From: Brevibacillus sp.
GTDB lineage: Bacteria > Bacillota > Bacilli > Brevibacillales > Brevibacillaceae
Assembly (NCBI GenBank): GCA_035645495.1
Contig: DASQMM010000267.1
Location: 1,015 to 65,014, forward strand
Reading direction: 5' to 3'
DNA: 64,000 nt
Part shown: in pieces, positions 21,275 through 32,310 of the stretch
How the letters are laid out: every line of letters starts with the position of its first letter
Position numbering within the stretch: position 1 is the first letter of the stretch
The notes under the pieces: generated by a model
What the model was told of the DNA's origin: nothing
The model's database searches: none
What the model saw: the letters and a program-made list of their open reading frames with translations, nothing else
Position numbers and translations under genes: made by a program

Positions 21275-23935
21275 CTACACAAAAAAGTTCATGATATAGC
21301 AGAGGTCATCATCACATACAGCGACCTCGTATTTCTCTACAATCGGCTGAATCTCATGGCGCACCAGGCTGTACTCCTTTTTATGGGCCATAAGATACCG
21401 TTCTTTGTCGGTATAAAGAATAGTCTGCGCCCCCGTTTTCAAGCGGTCGACCATACAGCAGATGTGCAGATAGACCCCGATGCGCGTATCGAAATCCAAC
21501 TTCCGGTGAAGGCGCTCTTCCATTCGGGCCACACAGGTCATCACATCGTGCAGCAAGGTTTCGACGGCCTCTATTTTCAGATGTTCCCGAAGCTCCCCCT
21601 CCATCTTGTGCAGGGTTTCCTCCTGGTCGATCATCTGCTGGATATCCTGAAGGGCCTCTCCAGTCATCACATCATCCATCCCGTAGCAGCGCAAGTCTTT
21701 GTCCAGCATGTAATTACTTACGACACACAGTACCTTTCGCTCTTCCTTGATCGCTTTCAATTGCTTGCGTGCCTCGGACTTGTCGATCAACTGCAGAGGC
21801 ACGAACTCAAGCAACGCCTCATCATAGCGCAGCTTGGATTCCAGCAGCTTTTTCAGGAATAGAGCACTCCCCTCCCCGGACAGGCAGGCTGCTACAATGG
21901 CGAGTGCAGGCTTGTTTTGCTGAGGCCGTTCCCGTTGCGGGTAATCAATCAATCTATTCCCCATACTGACAACATCCCGGTACACATCGTCCAAGGAATG
22001 CCCCAACATCGCCTTCCTCGTCGCTTCGATCACATGCGGTGTGCTGACCATCGGGATGACTCTGACCGGAATGCTCAGCTCCCGCTCGATCTCTTCCCCG
22101 AACCCCAGCAATGAGCCCATGTCTACCAACAGCAACAATCCGGCACTGCCTCCAATCTCCTTGGCTACCTCTATCGCCCGCTCCAAGATCAGGGATGAAT
22201 CTACTTCCAGGGGCAAATCGATGGCTCTGGCATATTGGGTTACCAACAACCGGTTGGTGACATCGGCCATCGCCGTCGCTCCACCGCTGCCATGCGTGAT
22301 GACCAGAATCCCGATCATCTCCCGCTTTTCTTCGACGTCCTCATCGTCCAGCACGAAGAACATCGTCAAATACCCCGCTTCCCCAATGGGCAGATCCATC
22401 AGCAGCACCTCTTCGATCATGCGCACACATTCCAAAGCAACGGCAAATTCTTTCTTGTACTTGATCCGTACATTGTTAACTTGCGGATGGACGATTTGCT
22501 TGCCATGACTCAGCCGCTCCCGGGAAGTCTGAATATGCAGGGCCAATCCGAAAATGACTTTTTGACTCAGGACCTTCCCGAGACGGGACTCCGCATAACG
22601 GACAATGTCTTCCACCAGACGGATGATAACCGGGTCAATGATGCGACGCATGTCCTCCTTGTTGATCCGCTGATGAACCCCTTTGATAAACGGTGTAAAG
22701 TAATTTTCGATGTCGAATTCCAGTTCTTCCTCACTGACGCCTTGATCGCGCAGCTCCGCTATTTTCTGCTCGATCTTTTCGTAGACGCTGTCCGTCGAGT
22801 CATCTCGTTCCCGTACGACCAGAATACTCTCTGCCTGGGGCTGGACGACGAAGCTCTTGTGATCCGTTCCAAACAACTCTTCGAGCGCAGGCCGCATCTC
22901 TTTGGCATACAACAGTCCTTGCTTGACGTGATGGGGCAAATCCTGAACGGAGACGTGCAACTGCTTTTTTCCCGCAGAAATAAAGTCCGCATACGCCCTT
23001 GCACAGGTTAGCTGTATATCGGTATGCAACTGCCCAATGTTATTGGGGCAGTGATAGGACAAAAAGGCGTGTATCGCACTGGCAGAGACCTGAATCTCCC
23101 GCCCCAGGCGAAACGCTTCTTCACGGAAAAAACTCATCGTAATATGGTACCGCTCCTCGATGCCCCGCTCGACGAGTGAAGGAAGCTTGATAATCATCGG
23201 AATCCGCCGGATAAAGGTCTTGAGCAGACTCGATTCCGGATTCTCCGTCGTCGCCGAGATGATCTGCACCTGCGCTGAGCGCTCTACCTCTGTCTCTCCT
23301 ACACGGCGAAAAGTCCCCTTGTCCATAAAAGTAAAAAAGATTTCCTGCCCCTCAGCTGGCAGACGATGCACCTCGTCCAGAAAGAGTATGCCGCCATCCG
23401 CTTTTTCGACCAGTCCGCGGCGATCCTGTTCCGCACCAGTATACGCCCCCTTTTTCACGCCGAAGAGTTGGCTGATCAGTAGCTGGGGGTTGTTCGCATA
23501 GTCCGCACAGTTAAAGACGACAAACGGCGCTTCCGGGCTCATCCGCCCGATATCCACCGCAAATTCGTGAATCCAGCCCGCAAACACCGATTTGCCTACG
23601 CCTGTCTCACCCAGGATCAGACAGTGCATCCCGCGCGGCGGATAGAGAACGGCTGCCTTCGCCTGCTCAATCTGCGTTTGCAAGCTCTTGTTCGTCTTCG
23701 CCAGGCGATCCAATGCCGTCTCCACCTGGTACCGGGAGTCCCTGGTCGGCTTCACATGAAACAAAGTAGGCCGTCCCGCTACCTTCTCTATTTTCTGCTC
23801 TTTCCATAACAGATTCAGATCGCTGCTTACATTGGCCCTGGAGAGTCCCAGCATATTTGCCAGATCGCTAGCGCTGACCCGCACTTGCGGACCTAACTCC
23901 ACCAGCTTCTGAAAGATCAAGTCGACCCGTTTCAT
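21275..23935 (-). CDS. LevR/CelR-type PRD-containing sigma54 activator
   Basis: N-terminal HTH, GETGVGKS, GAYTGA, LDEVHRL, PRD1, EIIA-Man-like THG and PRD2; likely start MKRVD. Confidence 0.92.
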   Translation of the reverse strand: MKRVDLIFQKLVELGPQVRVSASDLANMLGLSRANVSSDLNLLWKEQKIEKVAGRPTLFHVKPTRDSRYQVETALDRLAKTNKSLQTQIEQAKAAVLYPPRGMHCLILGETGVGKSVFAGWIHEFAVDIGRMSPEAPFVVFNCADYANNPQLLISQLFGVKKGAYTGAEQDRRGLVEKADGGILFLDEVHRLPAEGQEIFFTFMDKGTFRRVGETEVERSAQVQIISATTENPESSLLKTFIRRIPMIIKLPSLVERGIEERYHITMSFFREEAFRLGREIQVSASAIHAFLSYHCPNNIGQLHTDIQLTCARAYADFISAGKKQLHVSVQDLPHHVKQGLLYAKEMRPALEELFGTDHKSFVVQPQAESILVVRERDDSTDSVYEKIEQKIAELRDQGVSEEELEFDIENYFTPFIKGVHQRINKEDMRRIIDPVIIRLVEDIVRYAESRLGKVLSQKVIFGLALHIQTSRERLSHGKQIVHPQVNNVRIKYKKEFAVALECVRMIEEVLLMDLPIGEAGYLTMFFVLDDEDVEEKREMIGILVITHGSGGATAMADVTNRLLVTQYARAIDLPLEVDSSLILERAIEVAKEIGGSAGLLLLVDMGSLLGFGEEIERELSIPVRVIPMVSTPHVIEATRKAMLGHSLDDVYRDVVSMGNRLIDYPQRERPQQNKPALAIVAACLSGEGSALFLKKLLESKLRYDEALLEFVPLQLIDKSEARKQLKAIKEERKVLCVVSNYMLDKDLRCYGMDDVMTGEALQDIQQMIDQEETLHKMEGELREHLKIEAVETLLHDVMTCVARMEERLHRKLDFDTRIGVYLHICCMVDRLKTGAQTILYTDKERYLMAHKKEYSLVRHEIQPIVEKYEVAVCDDDLCYIMNFFV

Positions 23936-24154
23936 TTCATCACCGCCAATCGATAATGGAAAATGCCGATGCACATAGAAGCTGTTCGGATTCATTTCCA
24001 TGCAGAGGAGGAAATTCCTTCCTATTCCAACTCTCGTCGATTTATTTCTGACCCGGAGGCACTCCTACGGTATAATGAATGTATACAAAACGCTCTTGAC
24101 TCATGACCATGTGTCTCGTTCCTGAGACGTTTTGCACTGATAAGACAGGAGATT

Positions 24155-25534
24155 GTGACAGCCATGCTGGTTTTCATTTTGTTTACCATCTGGGCTTTGG
24201 GATTGTTCGTCTTGTTTACCGATCCCCGCCGCACAGAGATCCGCTGGGGAAGCGCGACCGCGTTTGTCGGTGGCGGCGGATTCCTTTCCGGCGTCATCGA
24301 TGAATTCATCCTTGTCCACTATGCAGATATTCTCGCTCAACATCCGGGCTGGCTTAACGCATTCTCCATCTTGAGCAGAGGCGCTTCCTTTGTCTGTCAG
24401 GTGGGGCTTCCCTATACCTTTTTGATGTTCGCTATCCATTCCAGCGACACCATCTCGCAAAAAGTCAAAAGAGTGATACAATACACAGCGCTGATCCCGC
24501 CGCTCTTCATGCTGATGATCACACCGCTCTATCCCGTTCTCGATTTCAACTACTGGATCATGGTAGCGTGGGTGATTCCGTACTTTTTGGTGGCTTGTGC
24601 CTTGCTGATCATCCTGTATCGGCAGGAAAAGGACCCTTTGGTCAAAAAGAACCGTTTCTTCACCAATATCCTGATCATCGTGCCGCTCTTTTTCGTCTTT
24701 ACTTTTATCTACGTCATGCGGATTCAAAACGACTACGACGCCTGGCGCTACAATTCACTCGTCGTCGGAGTCCAGTTTATTTTTATCGTCGCGATCAGCC
24801 TGAAATACGGCTTCCTCGGCGTCCGTCTGCGCGTGGAGAAGAGGCGGCTGGACAGCACCCTGCGCGCGATCACCTCTGGGGCACAAATCGTCAACCATAC
24901 GATTAAAAATGAAGTGGGCAAAATCTCCCTCTACGCGGAGCGGATGCAAGCCTATGCCCAAAAGACCGATCAGCCGCAGCTGCAGGAGGACGCAGCGGTG
25001 CTGCAGCAATCCTCGGAGCACATCCTGAACATGGTAGCCCGCATCCAGGATCAATTGCGCGAGGTAATCCTGCGTGAAGACACCGTCTACCCGGGCCAGA
25101 TCGTCACACAGGTCGCAAATACACTGGCACCCTATACGGAGAAATACCAGATCGAGGTCGTACTCGAGCTGGAGGATACAGAACAAATGACCTGCGACCC
25201 CGTACAGCTTCGGGAAGTCCTTACCAATCTGGGCATGAATGCGATCGAAGCCATGAGATCCGGCGGCCGACTCACCTTCCAGCTATTTCGCTCCAAAAAG
25301 CATCTGGTCATCGCCATCGCCGATACCGGATCCGGCATCAGCAAGGAAAACCTCCCGCATGTCCTGGACCCATTTTTCTCCACGAAAAAGACGGGCCATA
25401 ACTTCGGACTGGGGCTCTCCTACTGCTACCACGTCATGCAAAAGCATCAAGGAATGCTGGAGCTGGTCAGCGAGCCCGGCAATGGCACAACGGTTTTCTT
25501 GTTGTTCCCGAAAAAACGCATGGTCCATAGCTGA
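24155..25534 (+). CDS. Multi-TM sensor histidine kinase
   Basis: About 6-7 N-terminal TMs, NHTIKN H-box, NAIEA, DTGSG, FFSTK and GLGL motifs. Confidence 0.9.
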   Translation: MTAMLVFILFTIWALGLFVLFTDPRRTEIRWGSATAFVGGGGFLSGVIDEFILVHYADILAQHPGWLNAFSILSRGASFVCQVGLPYTFLMFAIHSSDTISQKVKRVIQYTALIPPLFMLMITPLYPVLDFNYWIMVAWVIPYFLVACALLIILYRQEKDPLVKKNRFFTNILIIVPLFFVFTFIYVMRIQNDYDAWRYNSLVVGVQFIFIVAISLKYGFLGVRLRVEKRRLDSTLRAITSGAQIVNHTIKNEVGKISLYAERMQAYAQKTDQPQLQEDAAVLQQSSEHILNMVARIQDQLREVILREDTVYPGQIVTQVANTLAPYTEKYQIEVVLELEDTEQMTCDPVQLREVLTNLGMNAIEAMRSGGRLTFQLFRSKKHLVIAIADTGSGISKENLPHVLDPFFSTKKTGHNFGLGLSYCYHVMQKHQGMLELVSEPGNGTTVFLLFPKKRMVHS

Positions 25535-25572
25535 CCCATTCATCAATAGCCGAAAGGAGGCGCTAGCACACA

Positions 25573-26211
25573 ATGGAGAAGATCAGGATTTTTCTCGTAG
25601 AGGATGACCCCGCATGGCGCAAAGGACTCGTCGATTACTTGAATAGCCAGCCCGACATCACGATCACCGGGGAAGCAGGCACCAAGGAAGAAGCCTTGGA
25701 ACGTTTCCAGGCCGAATGCACCGATGTCATTCTCATGGACATTAATCTGACCGAAAACAACCTGGACGGGATCGAAACCGTCTACATCCTGACCGAGCAG
25801 CACCCGGCATGCAAAATCATCATGCTCACCTCCCTGACCGATGAGCAAGTGATCGTCGAGTCCTTCTCAGCCGGTGCAGTCAACTACATCAGCAAATCCA
25901 GCTTCAAGGAAATACCCGACGCCATCCGCGACGCCCACTCACAACAGTCGGCGATTCACGCCACGGCAGCTGCCGCGTTGCGCAACGAATTTTTACGGAT
26001 GAAAAATGAAGAATACCAGAAGCTGCTTTCCCCTGCGGAAAAAGACATCCTGCAGCTGATCCACCAGGGTCAGACCCAATCGCAAATCGAACAATCGCTT
26101 CATATCACCAAACGGACCATCAAAAACCATATCAACCGCATCCTCAAAAAAATGGGCGTCAAAACCAGCAAGGAGGCAGCCGCCAAAGCAAGCCAGCGCA
26201 AGCTTTTCTAG
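25573..26211 (+). CDS. NarL/LuxR-family response regulator
   Basis: VEDD, LMDINL receiver motifs and LuxR HTH (TIKNHINRILKK). Confidence 0.92.
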   Translation: MEKIRIFLVEDDPAWRKGLVDYLNSQPDITITGEAGTKEEALERFQAECTDVILMDINLTENNLDGIETVYILTEQHPACKIIMLTSLTDEQVIVESFSAGAVNYISKSSFKEIPDAIRDAHSQQSAIHATAAAALRNEFLRMKNEEYQKLLSPAEKDILQLIHQGQTQSQIEQSLHITKRTIKNHINRILKKMGVKTSKEAAAKASQRKLF

Positions 26212-26370
26212 CAAGCACGGCGGGCTTTAGGGGGCTGCCCTTTTCTTTCCCCAACTCCTTTTGACCAAGACTTATGACCAGGTACCAAGCAAAGTTGGTA
26301 CTTTTTTAAATCTCCCCACTCCTTACAATTAAGGCTAAGCAATCATTATTCTTGTAAAGGTGTGGTATTC

Positions 26371-28485
26371 ATGTTTTTGGTTCACGCCCTTCTGAAAGCA
26401 ATCCTGACACTGTGGTTCCGCCCACGAATGAAAGGTCTCGAAAAACTCGATCTTTCCCAACCATCCTTGATCACGCCCAATCACGTATCTCTTCTGGATG
26501 CGGTTCTACTCTCTTTTACCTTGCCGAAAAACGCCACCTTCGTGGTGAACACAGAGATCGCCAAAAAGTTCGCCTTCTTTTTGCGATTCCGCAAGCATGT
26601 CACCGTCGATCCACTCAACCCTTACTCCATTCGCCACATGCTGCGAGTGCTGAAAAAGGGTGAGACCCTGGTGATCTTCCCGGAAGGACGCATCACCACC
26701 ACTGGCGGCCTGATGAAAATTTACAGCGGTGTCGGCTATCTCGCCATGCGTACCGGCGTCCCCGTCTATCCTGTGATCATCCAAGGTCTGCAGCGTTCGA
26801 AATTTTCCTACTTGCAAGGCAAATTGCGTCTGCTCTGGTTCCCTGACGTCACGTTTACGATTGGAAATCCGTTTACCATCGCTCATGACAAGAATCGCTC
26901 AATGCGCGAACAAAAAACATCTGCCAGCGACCTGGTATTGCGTACACTCCAGAATGAGCTGTTCCAAAGCCAGATGAAAACAAACGTCAATCTGTTCGAC
27001 GAAGTCCTGCGGGCAGCGAGAATCAACGGCCCTAAGATGGAAATTGCCAAAGACCTGACTACGGCTGTCAATTACCGGACCTTATTGGTCGGAAGCTACC
27101 TGCTCGGAAACAAACTTCGTCCGCTGCTTTTGGGCCAATCCACGGTCGGCCTGTTTCTGCCCAATTCGGTCGGACACCTGATTACCCTGCTGTCCCTGTT
27201 TCGCATCGGCAAAACACCAGCCATTCTGAACTTTTCGCTGGGCATCCGCCCCTTGCTGGACTGCTGCGAAACAGCGGAGATCAAGACGATCCTGACCTCT
27301 CGCATCTTTATTGAAAAAGGGAAGCTAGACCCGATCATCGACGGTTTGCAAGATCAGATGAAAATCGTCTATCTGGAGGACTTGAAAGCGACTGCCACCA
27401 CTTTTGACAAAATCGCAGCGCTCTTCCGCTACCTGACCAAACAGCCTGCGCAATCGTCCAACAACGAGCTGGTGCTGTTTACATCCGGCAGCGAAAGCAA
27501 ACCAAAAGGCGTCGTACTGACCCATACCAACCTGTTTGCCAACATCCAGCAGGTGACCAGCGTGATCGACATCACATCGCGTGACAAGTTCTTCAACGCC
27601 TTGCCGATGTTCCACAGCTTCGGATTGACCGCTGGGACCTTGCTGCCCGTCGTCAAGGGAGTACCTGTCTTTCTCTATCCGAGTCCTCTGCATTACAAGG
27701 CGATCGCCGAGCTGGTCTACGATCAAAACGCGACGATCTTGTTCGGAACCTCCACCTTCATGGCTGGATACGGTCGCATGGCTCATCCGTACAATTTCTA
27801 CTCGCTCCGTTACGTGTTCGCAGGAGCTGAGAAACTGAAAGACGACGTCCGCCAAATGTGGATGGAGAAATTCGGTGTACGAATCTTCGAAGGCTACGGC
27901 GCTACGGAAACAGCCCCGATCCTGTCGCTGAACACTCCGCTCGCTAACAAGCAAGGAACAGTGGGACGCCTGCTTCCAGGCATGCAGTATCGCCTAGAGG
28001 CCGTCGAGGGGATCGAAGGCGGAGGCCAATTGCTGGTAAAAGGGCCTAATGTAATGAAGGGGTACTTGATCCACGGAAAAGGCTTCCTGCCAGCAGAAGA
28101 ATGGTACCAGACCGGTGACTTGGTCGAAGCAGACGCGGAAGGCTATCTGACTATCAAGTCCCGTTTGAAGCGATTCGCCAAGATCGGCGGAGAAATGGTC
28201 TCGCTGAACCTGATCGAGGAGTTGGCGATGCAATGCTTCGGTCACTCCGGCTTCGCCGCCATCACTGTGAATGATCAGCGAAAAGGCGAGCGCGTACTGC
28301 TCTATACGACCGATGAGACAGTGGCGCTCGGCCCGCTGCGCGCCTACATCCAACAGCTCCAATTTTCACCGTTGCTCGTACCGGGAGCGATCCGGCACAC
28401 CAAAACACTGCCGCTTCTCGGCAGCGGAAAAACAGATTACGTCAGCTTGAAGCAATGGGCTGAGCGTGGAGGAGAAACAGCATGA
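26371..28485 (+). CDS. aas: Bifunctional acyltransferase / acyl-ACP synthetase (Aas-like)
   Basis: PlsC motifs NHVSLLD and FPEGRIT, plus AMP-binding FTSGSESKPKG and YGATE. Confidence 0.88.
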   Translation: MFLVHALLKAILTLWFRPRMKGLEKLDLSQPSLITPNHVSLLDAVLLSFTLPKNATFVVNTEIAKKFAFFLRFRKHVTVDPLNPYSIRHMLRVLKKGETLVIFPEGRITTTGGLMKIYSGVGYLAMRTGVPVYPVIIQGLQRSKFSYLQGKLRLLWFPDVTFTIGNPFTIAHDKNRSMREQKTSASDLVLRTLQNELFQSQMKTNVNLFDEVLRAARINGPKMEIAKDLTTAVNYRTLLVGSYLLGNKLRPLLLGQSTVGLFLPNSVGHLITLLSLFRIGKTPAILNFSLGIRPLLDCCETAEIKTILTSRIFIEKGKLDPIIDGLQDQMKIVYLEDLKATATTFDKIAALFRYLTKQPAQSSNNELVLFTSGSESKPKGVVLTHTNLFANIQQVTSVIDITSRDKFFNALPMFHSFGLTAGTLLPVVKGVPVFLYPSPLHYKAIAELVYDQNATILFGTSTFMAGYGRMAHPYNFYSLRYVFAGAEKLKDDVRQMWMEKFGVRIFEGYGATETAPILSLNTPLANKQGTVGRLLPGMQYRLEAVEGIEGGGQLLVKGPNVMKGYLIHGKGFLPAEEWYQTGDLVEADAEGYLTIKSRLKRFAKIGGEMVSLNLIEELAMQCFGHSGFAAITVNDQRKGERVLLYTTDETVALGPLRAYIQQLQFSPLLVPGAIRHTKTLPLLGSGKTDYVSLKQWAERGGETA

Positions 28486-29702
28486 AAACGCGATTACAAC
28501 CCTTGCAAGCCTTGTATTTTACCCAGTTTCTATCTGCTTTCGCCGACAACATGATCCTGTTTGTGATCGCGAATCTGCTGCGGGAGAACGGTTTTTCTCC
28601 CGCCATGCTCGCGCTCGTCTCCATCTCCTTTTTTCTGCCGTATCTCTTTCTGGCACCGCTCGTGGGACCGTTCGCAGACAAACATCCCAAATCGCTTGTG
28701 CTGGTAATCGGCAATTTGATTAAGGCTCTCGGCGTCCTTCTCTTGTTTTTCATCGATCAATCCAGCATTCTGCTGCTGATGCTGTGCTACTTTACGGTTG
28801 GTGTAGGGGCAGTCGTCTACTCTCCTGCCAAATACGGAATCTTGCCGGAGTTGACGAAAAATGAAGAGGAATTGTTCCATGCCAATGCCCGCATCGAAGC
28901 CTATACGATTATCGCAATTCTGACAGGGATCGGCGGCGGCGGTGCGATTGCATCCATGACGCACCCGCTGCTTTCTTCCGGCATCTGTCTCGCTCTCTAT
29001 CTGCTGTCGCTCGGGGTGACATTTTTTATCCCAAGAATGCACGGAGATGCTACGATTCGTTATGGTGCCGAGGCACGCCGCTTCTTCCTTGATTTCCAGA
29101 AGCTGATGAAACGGCCGGAGACCAACTTCGCCCTCGTCGGTACGGGAGCGTTCTGGATGAGCTCCGCCGTTCTGCGCGTCGCGGTGCTGGCATGGATTCC
29201 AGCAGCGCTGGCCATTGACCCGCAACACTTTTCCGTTTCGCTCATTCTGGCAACGACATCCATCGGGATTATCGCAGGAGCGTTTTTGGCTCCCAAATTG
29301 ATTCCATTGCAGAAGTTCACTCGTTCCTTGCTCTACGGATTTGGGATGTTCCTGGTGATTGTGCTGTTTCCCTGGATTCACGTCACGTTTGTCGCCATCT
29401 GTCTCTTACTGTTGGTCGGTTTTATGGGCGGGGTGTTCATCATTCCGATGAATACGATCTTGCAAGAGGAAGGGAAAAAGATGGTGGGCTCGGGGAAAAC
29501 CATCGCTATTCAGAACTTCATCGAAAACTTTCTGATGGCTGCAGGTTCCGGCATCTATTATCTCTTTACGTACATGAGTGATTCGATCTCTGGCGCCATC
29601 GTCTTGCAGGGACTTGTTTTGCTGCTGTTTCTGTTCTATCTGGCGAAGATGCGCAGACAGATTCGCGGGAGAACAAGCTTGCAGTCAAACAGCGTTTCAT
29701 AG
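28482..29702 (+). CDS. lplT: Lysophospholipid transporter LplT (MFS)
   Basis: QFLSAFADN, YSPAKYGILPE and IAIQNFIEN motifs; 4-nt overlap with aas. Confidence 0.85.
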   Translation: MKTRLQPLQALYFTQFLSAFADNMILFVIANLLRENGFSPAMLALVSISFFLPYLFLAPLVGPFADKHPKSLVLVIGNLIKALGVLLLFFIDQSSILLLMLCYFTVGVGAVVYSPAKYGILPELTKNEEELFHANARIEAYTIIAILTGIGGGGAIASMTHPLLSSGICLALYLLSLGVTFFIPRMHGDATIRYGAEARRFFLDFQKLMKRPETNFALVGTGAFWMSSAVLRVAVLAWIPAALAIDPQHFSVSLILATTSIGIIAGAFLAPKLIPLQKFTRSLLYGFGMFLVIVLFPWIHVTFVAICLLLLVGFMGGVFIIPMNTILQEEGKKMVGSGKTIAIQNFIENFLMAAGSGIYYLFTYMSDSISGAIVLQGLVLLLFLFYLAKMRRQIRGRTSLQSNSVS

Positions 29703-29730
29703 TTCTTGGTCCTCCTACTGTAGTGGAGCG

Positions 29731-29937
29731 GAGGAAAAAGGGAAAAACGCTCCAGGCGGGTTGGGATCTTCGCTGTGGGGCATCCCTGGCCGGCTCCACT
29801 CCAAAGGCGGAACCGCGGCCAAAAGTAGCCGTTTCGAAGATGTGGTTCAGGGTTGGCCGCTAAAGGCGTGTTCCGCCTTTTCCGTTGCACCTGGGTCAAG
29901 ATCCCAAATGCCTTCCGCTTATTTTCTCTTTTTCCTC
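29731..29937. repeat. Nested-palindrome intergenic element (candidate REP/MITE-like repeat or structured RNA)
   Basis: Four nested arm pairs: 29731-46/29922-37, 29761-70/29898-907, 29803-13/29870-80, 29815-22/29853-60. Confidence 0.6.
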
Positions 29938-30031
29938 GACCTGCTTTTCCTGGTTCCCCTTCTACCTTTTGTGGCTTCTCATGGAATTTGTGATAAAAGG
30001 GACTGTAGCGGCATAACGCCCAACAGTTGCC

Positions 30032-31816
30032 TTACACCTTTTGTGCCACGTAATTCTGCAAACACTCCAAAAAGAGTTGACCGTATTTCTCGTACTTCGC
30101 CTCCCCGACACCTTTTACCTGAAGTATGGCTTGTTTGTCGGTCGGGCAAAGACTGCTCATCTCCCGCAAGGTGCTGTCGTGGAAGATGACATAAGGAGGG
30201 ACACCTTCGCGCTGCGAGATTTCTTTACGCAATGAGCGCAGTTGCTCGAACAAGGAGTCGTCTTCCGTCTGCTGGACGGGGCGAATGACGATTTTCTGCC
30301 AAACCTGCTCTTCGCCGCGCAGGACCGGCAATGCCCGCTCCCCGAGCTTGAGGATCGGGTACTGGCTCTCTGTCACTTGCAGATAGCCTTCTGCAATCAG
30401 AAGCTGGATCAAATCGACAATCTCTTTTTCCTTGTACTCCTTCATCACGCCATAGGTAGGCAGCTGATCAAAGGAAAATTGCGTCACTTTTTTATTTTTG
30501 GAGCCTTTCAGCACTTGCGCCACCAGTGAGGCACCGAAGCGCTCCCTCATCCGCTTTACACAAGAGAAGATTTTTTGCGCCTCCAGGGTGATGTCTGCCA
30601 GCTCGCGTTCATCCGTACAATTGCCGCAGCGGCCGCATTCCTCCGCTGCGGTATCGCCGAAGTAGTGGACGATGTACTGCTGCAGGCATCGCGGGGTGCG
30701 GCAGTAATCAATCATCGCATACAGCTTCTTGTACTCATGTTCTTTTCGTTCATCGGACAAGACGTTTTGTTCGATGAAGAACGTCTGGGTCTGGATGTCC
30801 TGCGGCTGGAACAACAGCACGCAGTCGCTCGGTTCTCCGTCGCGACCTGCCCTCCCCGCCTCCTGGTAGTAAGCCTCCAGATTTTTCGGCATGTTGTAGT
30901 GGATCACATAGCGGACGTTGGATTTGTCGATGCCCATGCCAAACGCATTGGTGGCGATCATTGTGCGCACGTCGTCGAAGAGAAAAGCTTCCTGGTTCTG
31001 CGCGCGCTCCTCCTCGGTCAGGCCCGCATGGTACTTGGTGACGGAAAAGCCGCGCTTGTGCAAATCGGCATGCAAGGCATCGACGTCTTTCCTGGTAGCC
31101 GCATAGATGATCCCAGCCTGCTGACGATGGGCGCGCAAATACTCATAGATGAAATCACGGCGATTTTCTCCACGGCGTACGGACAGGTTCAGATTGTCCC
31201 GGCCAAACCCTGTGATGAAAAGGCGCTCGCCATTCAAAGACAACTGGCGTCTAATGTCCGCCGTAACCTCCGGTGTCGCGGTCGCCGTCAACGCCGCCAC
31301 GACGGGACGCTGCGGCAACGAGTCCAGAAAGCGGGCGATCTCCAGATAGCTCGGTCGGAAATCATGCCCCCATTGAGAGACGCAGTGCGCCTCGTCTACA
31401 GCCACAAAAGAGATGGGAACCTCCTCAATCAACGTCTGGAAAGAGTCTGATTCAAGCCGCTCTGGCGCTATGTAGAGCATTTTGTACTCACCACGGGCTG
31501 CTTGTCTCAGTCGATCCCGAACCTCGCCATAGCTCAAGGTACTGTTGATTTGTGTGGCGGGTATGCCCATGCTGACCAGCACGTCCACCTGATCCTTCAT
31601 CAGAGAGATCAGCGGGGAGATGACGATGGTCACTCCGTCGAAAAGCATAGCCGGGACCTGATAACAGATTGATTTTCCTCCGCCTGTAGGCATGATGCCG
31701 ACTGTGTCGTGACCTTCTAGCAAGCTAGTGATGATTTTCTTTTGGCCTTCCCGAAACGTGGGATAGCCGAAATATTTTTGCAAAATCGCTTCTGCTCTAT
31801 CTAACAAGAGAATCAC
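30032..31816 (-). CDS. recQ: DNA helicase RecQ
   Basis: [31 protein letters not shown], Zn-binding, RQC and HRDC regions; start may be the TTG at 31807. Confidence 0.95.
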   Translation of the reverse strand: MILLLDRAEAILQKYFGYPTFREGQKKIITSLLEGHDTVGIMPTGGGKSICYQVPAMLFDGVTIVISPLISLMKDQVDVLVSMGIPATQINSTLSYGEVRDRLRQAARGEYKMLYIAPERLESDSFQTLIEEVPISFVAVDEAHCVSQWGHDFRPSYLEIARFLDSLPQRPVVAALTATATPEVTADIRRQLSLNGERLFITGFGRDNLNLSVRRGENRRDFIYEYLRAHRQQAGIIYAATRKDVDALHADLHKRGFSVTKYHAGLTEEERAQNQEAFLFDDVRTMIATNAFGMGIDKSNVRYVIHYNMPKNLEAYYQEAGRAGRDGEPSDCVLLFQPQDIQTQTFFIEQNVLSDERKEHEYKKLYAMIDYCRTPRCLQQYIVHYFGDTAAEECGRCGNCTDERELADITLEAQKIFSCVKRMRERFGASLVAQVLKGSKNKKVTQFSFDQLPTYGVMKEYKEKEIVDLIQLLIAEGYLQVTESQYPILKLGERALPVLRGEEQVWQKIVIRPVQQTEDDSLFEQLRSLRKEISQREGVPPYVIFHDSTLREMSSLCPTDKQAILQVKGVGEAKYEKYGQLFLECLQNYVAQKV

Positions 31817-31984
31817 CTTCTCTATACCTATTTGTCGTCATTCTTTTCTAGTGTACTCGTCACGTTTGGAACAAAACAAGGGTTCAAGGGTAAAAGCTCC
31901 GTATTGGGGAGAAATGGGAAATGGAAATGCTATATGAAAAGATGTACGATAGAAAAGATAGAAAGATCATAGAGGAGGGCAACT

Positions 31985-32290
31985 ATGAGTGAATTTGGGC
32001 TGTTTGGCAAGTTGACTGCAAAAGAAGGCGAATGTGAGACATTGGTGGAAATCCTGTTGGAAGCAGCGGAATCCATGAAGAATGTAGACGAATGCTTATT
32101 ATATCTCGTAAATGTTTCCGACGATGAACCAAATGCTGTATACGTCTATGAAGTCTGGAAAAATGCCGATGCCCATCAAGCCTCCTTGACTCTTGAATCT
32201 ACCCAAACCTTGATAAAACGCGCAAAGCCCATCATTACCGGGATCGAGAGAATCAGCACCTTACATCCACGAGGCGGAAAAGGGTTGTAA
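31985..32290 (+). CDS. Antibiotic biosynthesis monooxygenase (ABM) family protein
   Basis: 101 aa, YVYEVW...AHQASL pattern; strong RBS. Confidence 0.8.
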   Translation: MSEFGLFGKLTAKEGECETLVEILLEAAESMKNVDECLLYLVNVSDDEPNAVYVYEVWKNADAHQASLTLESTQTLIKRAKPIITGIERISTLHPRGGKGL

Positions 32291-32310
32291 GGCAGTTTCC
32301 TTCGGCAATG

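Noticed and set aside
29578-30189. 203-aa ORF spanning the lplT-recQ gap
   Set aside because: Overlaps both genes and the hairpin element; unnatural composition
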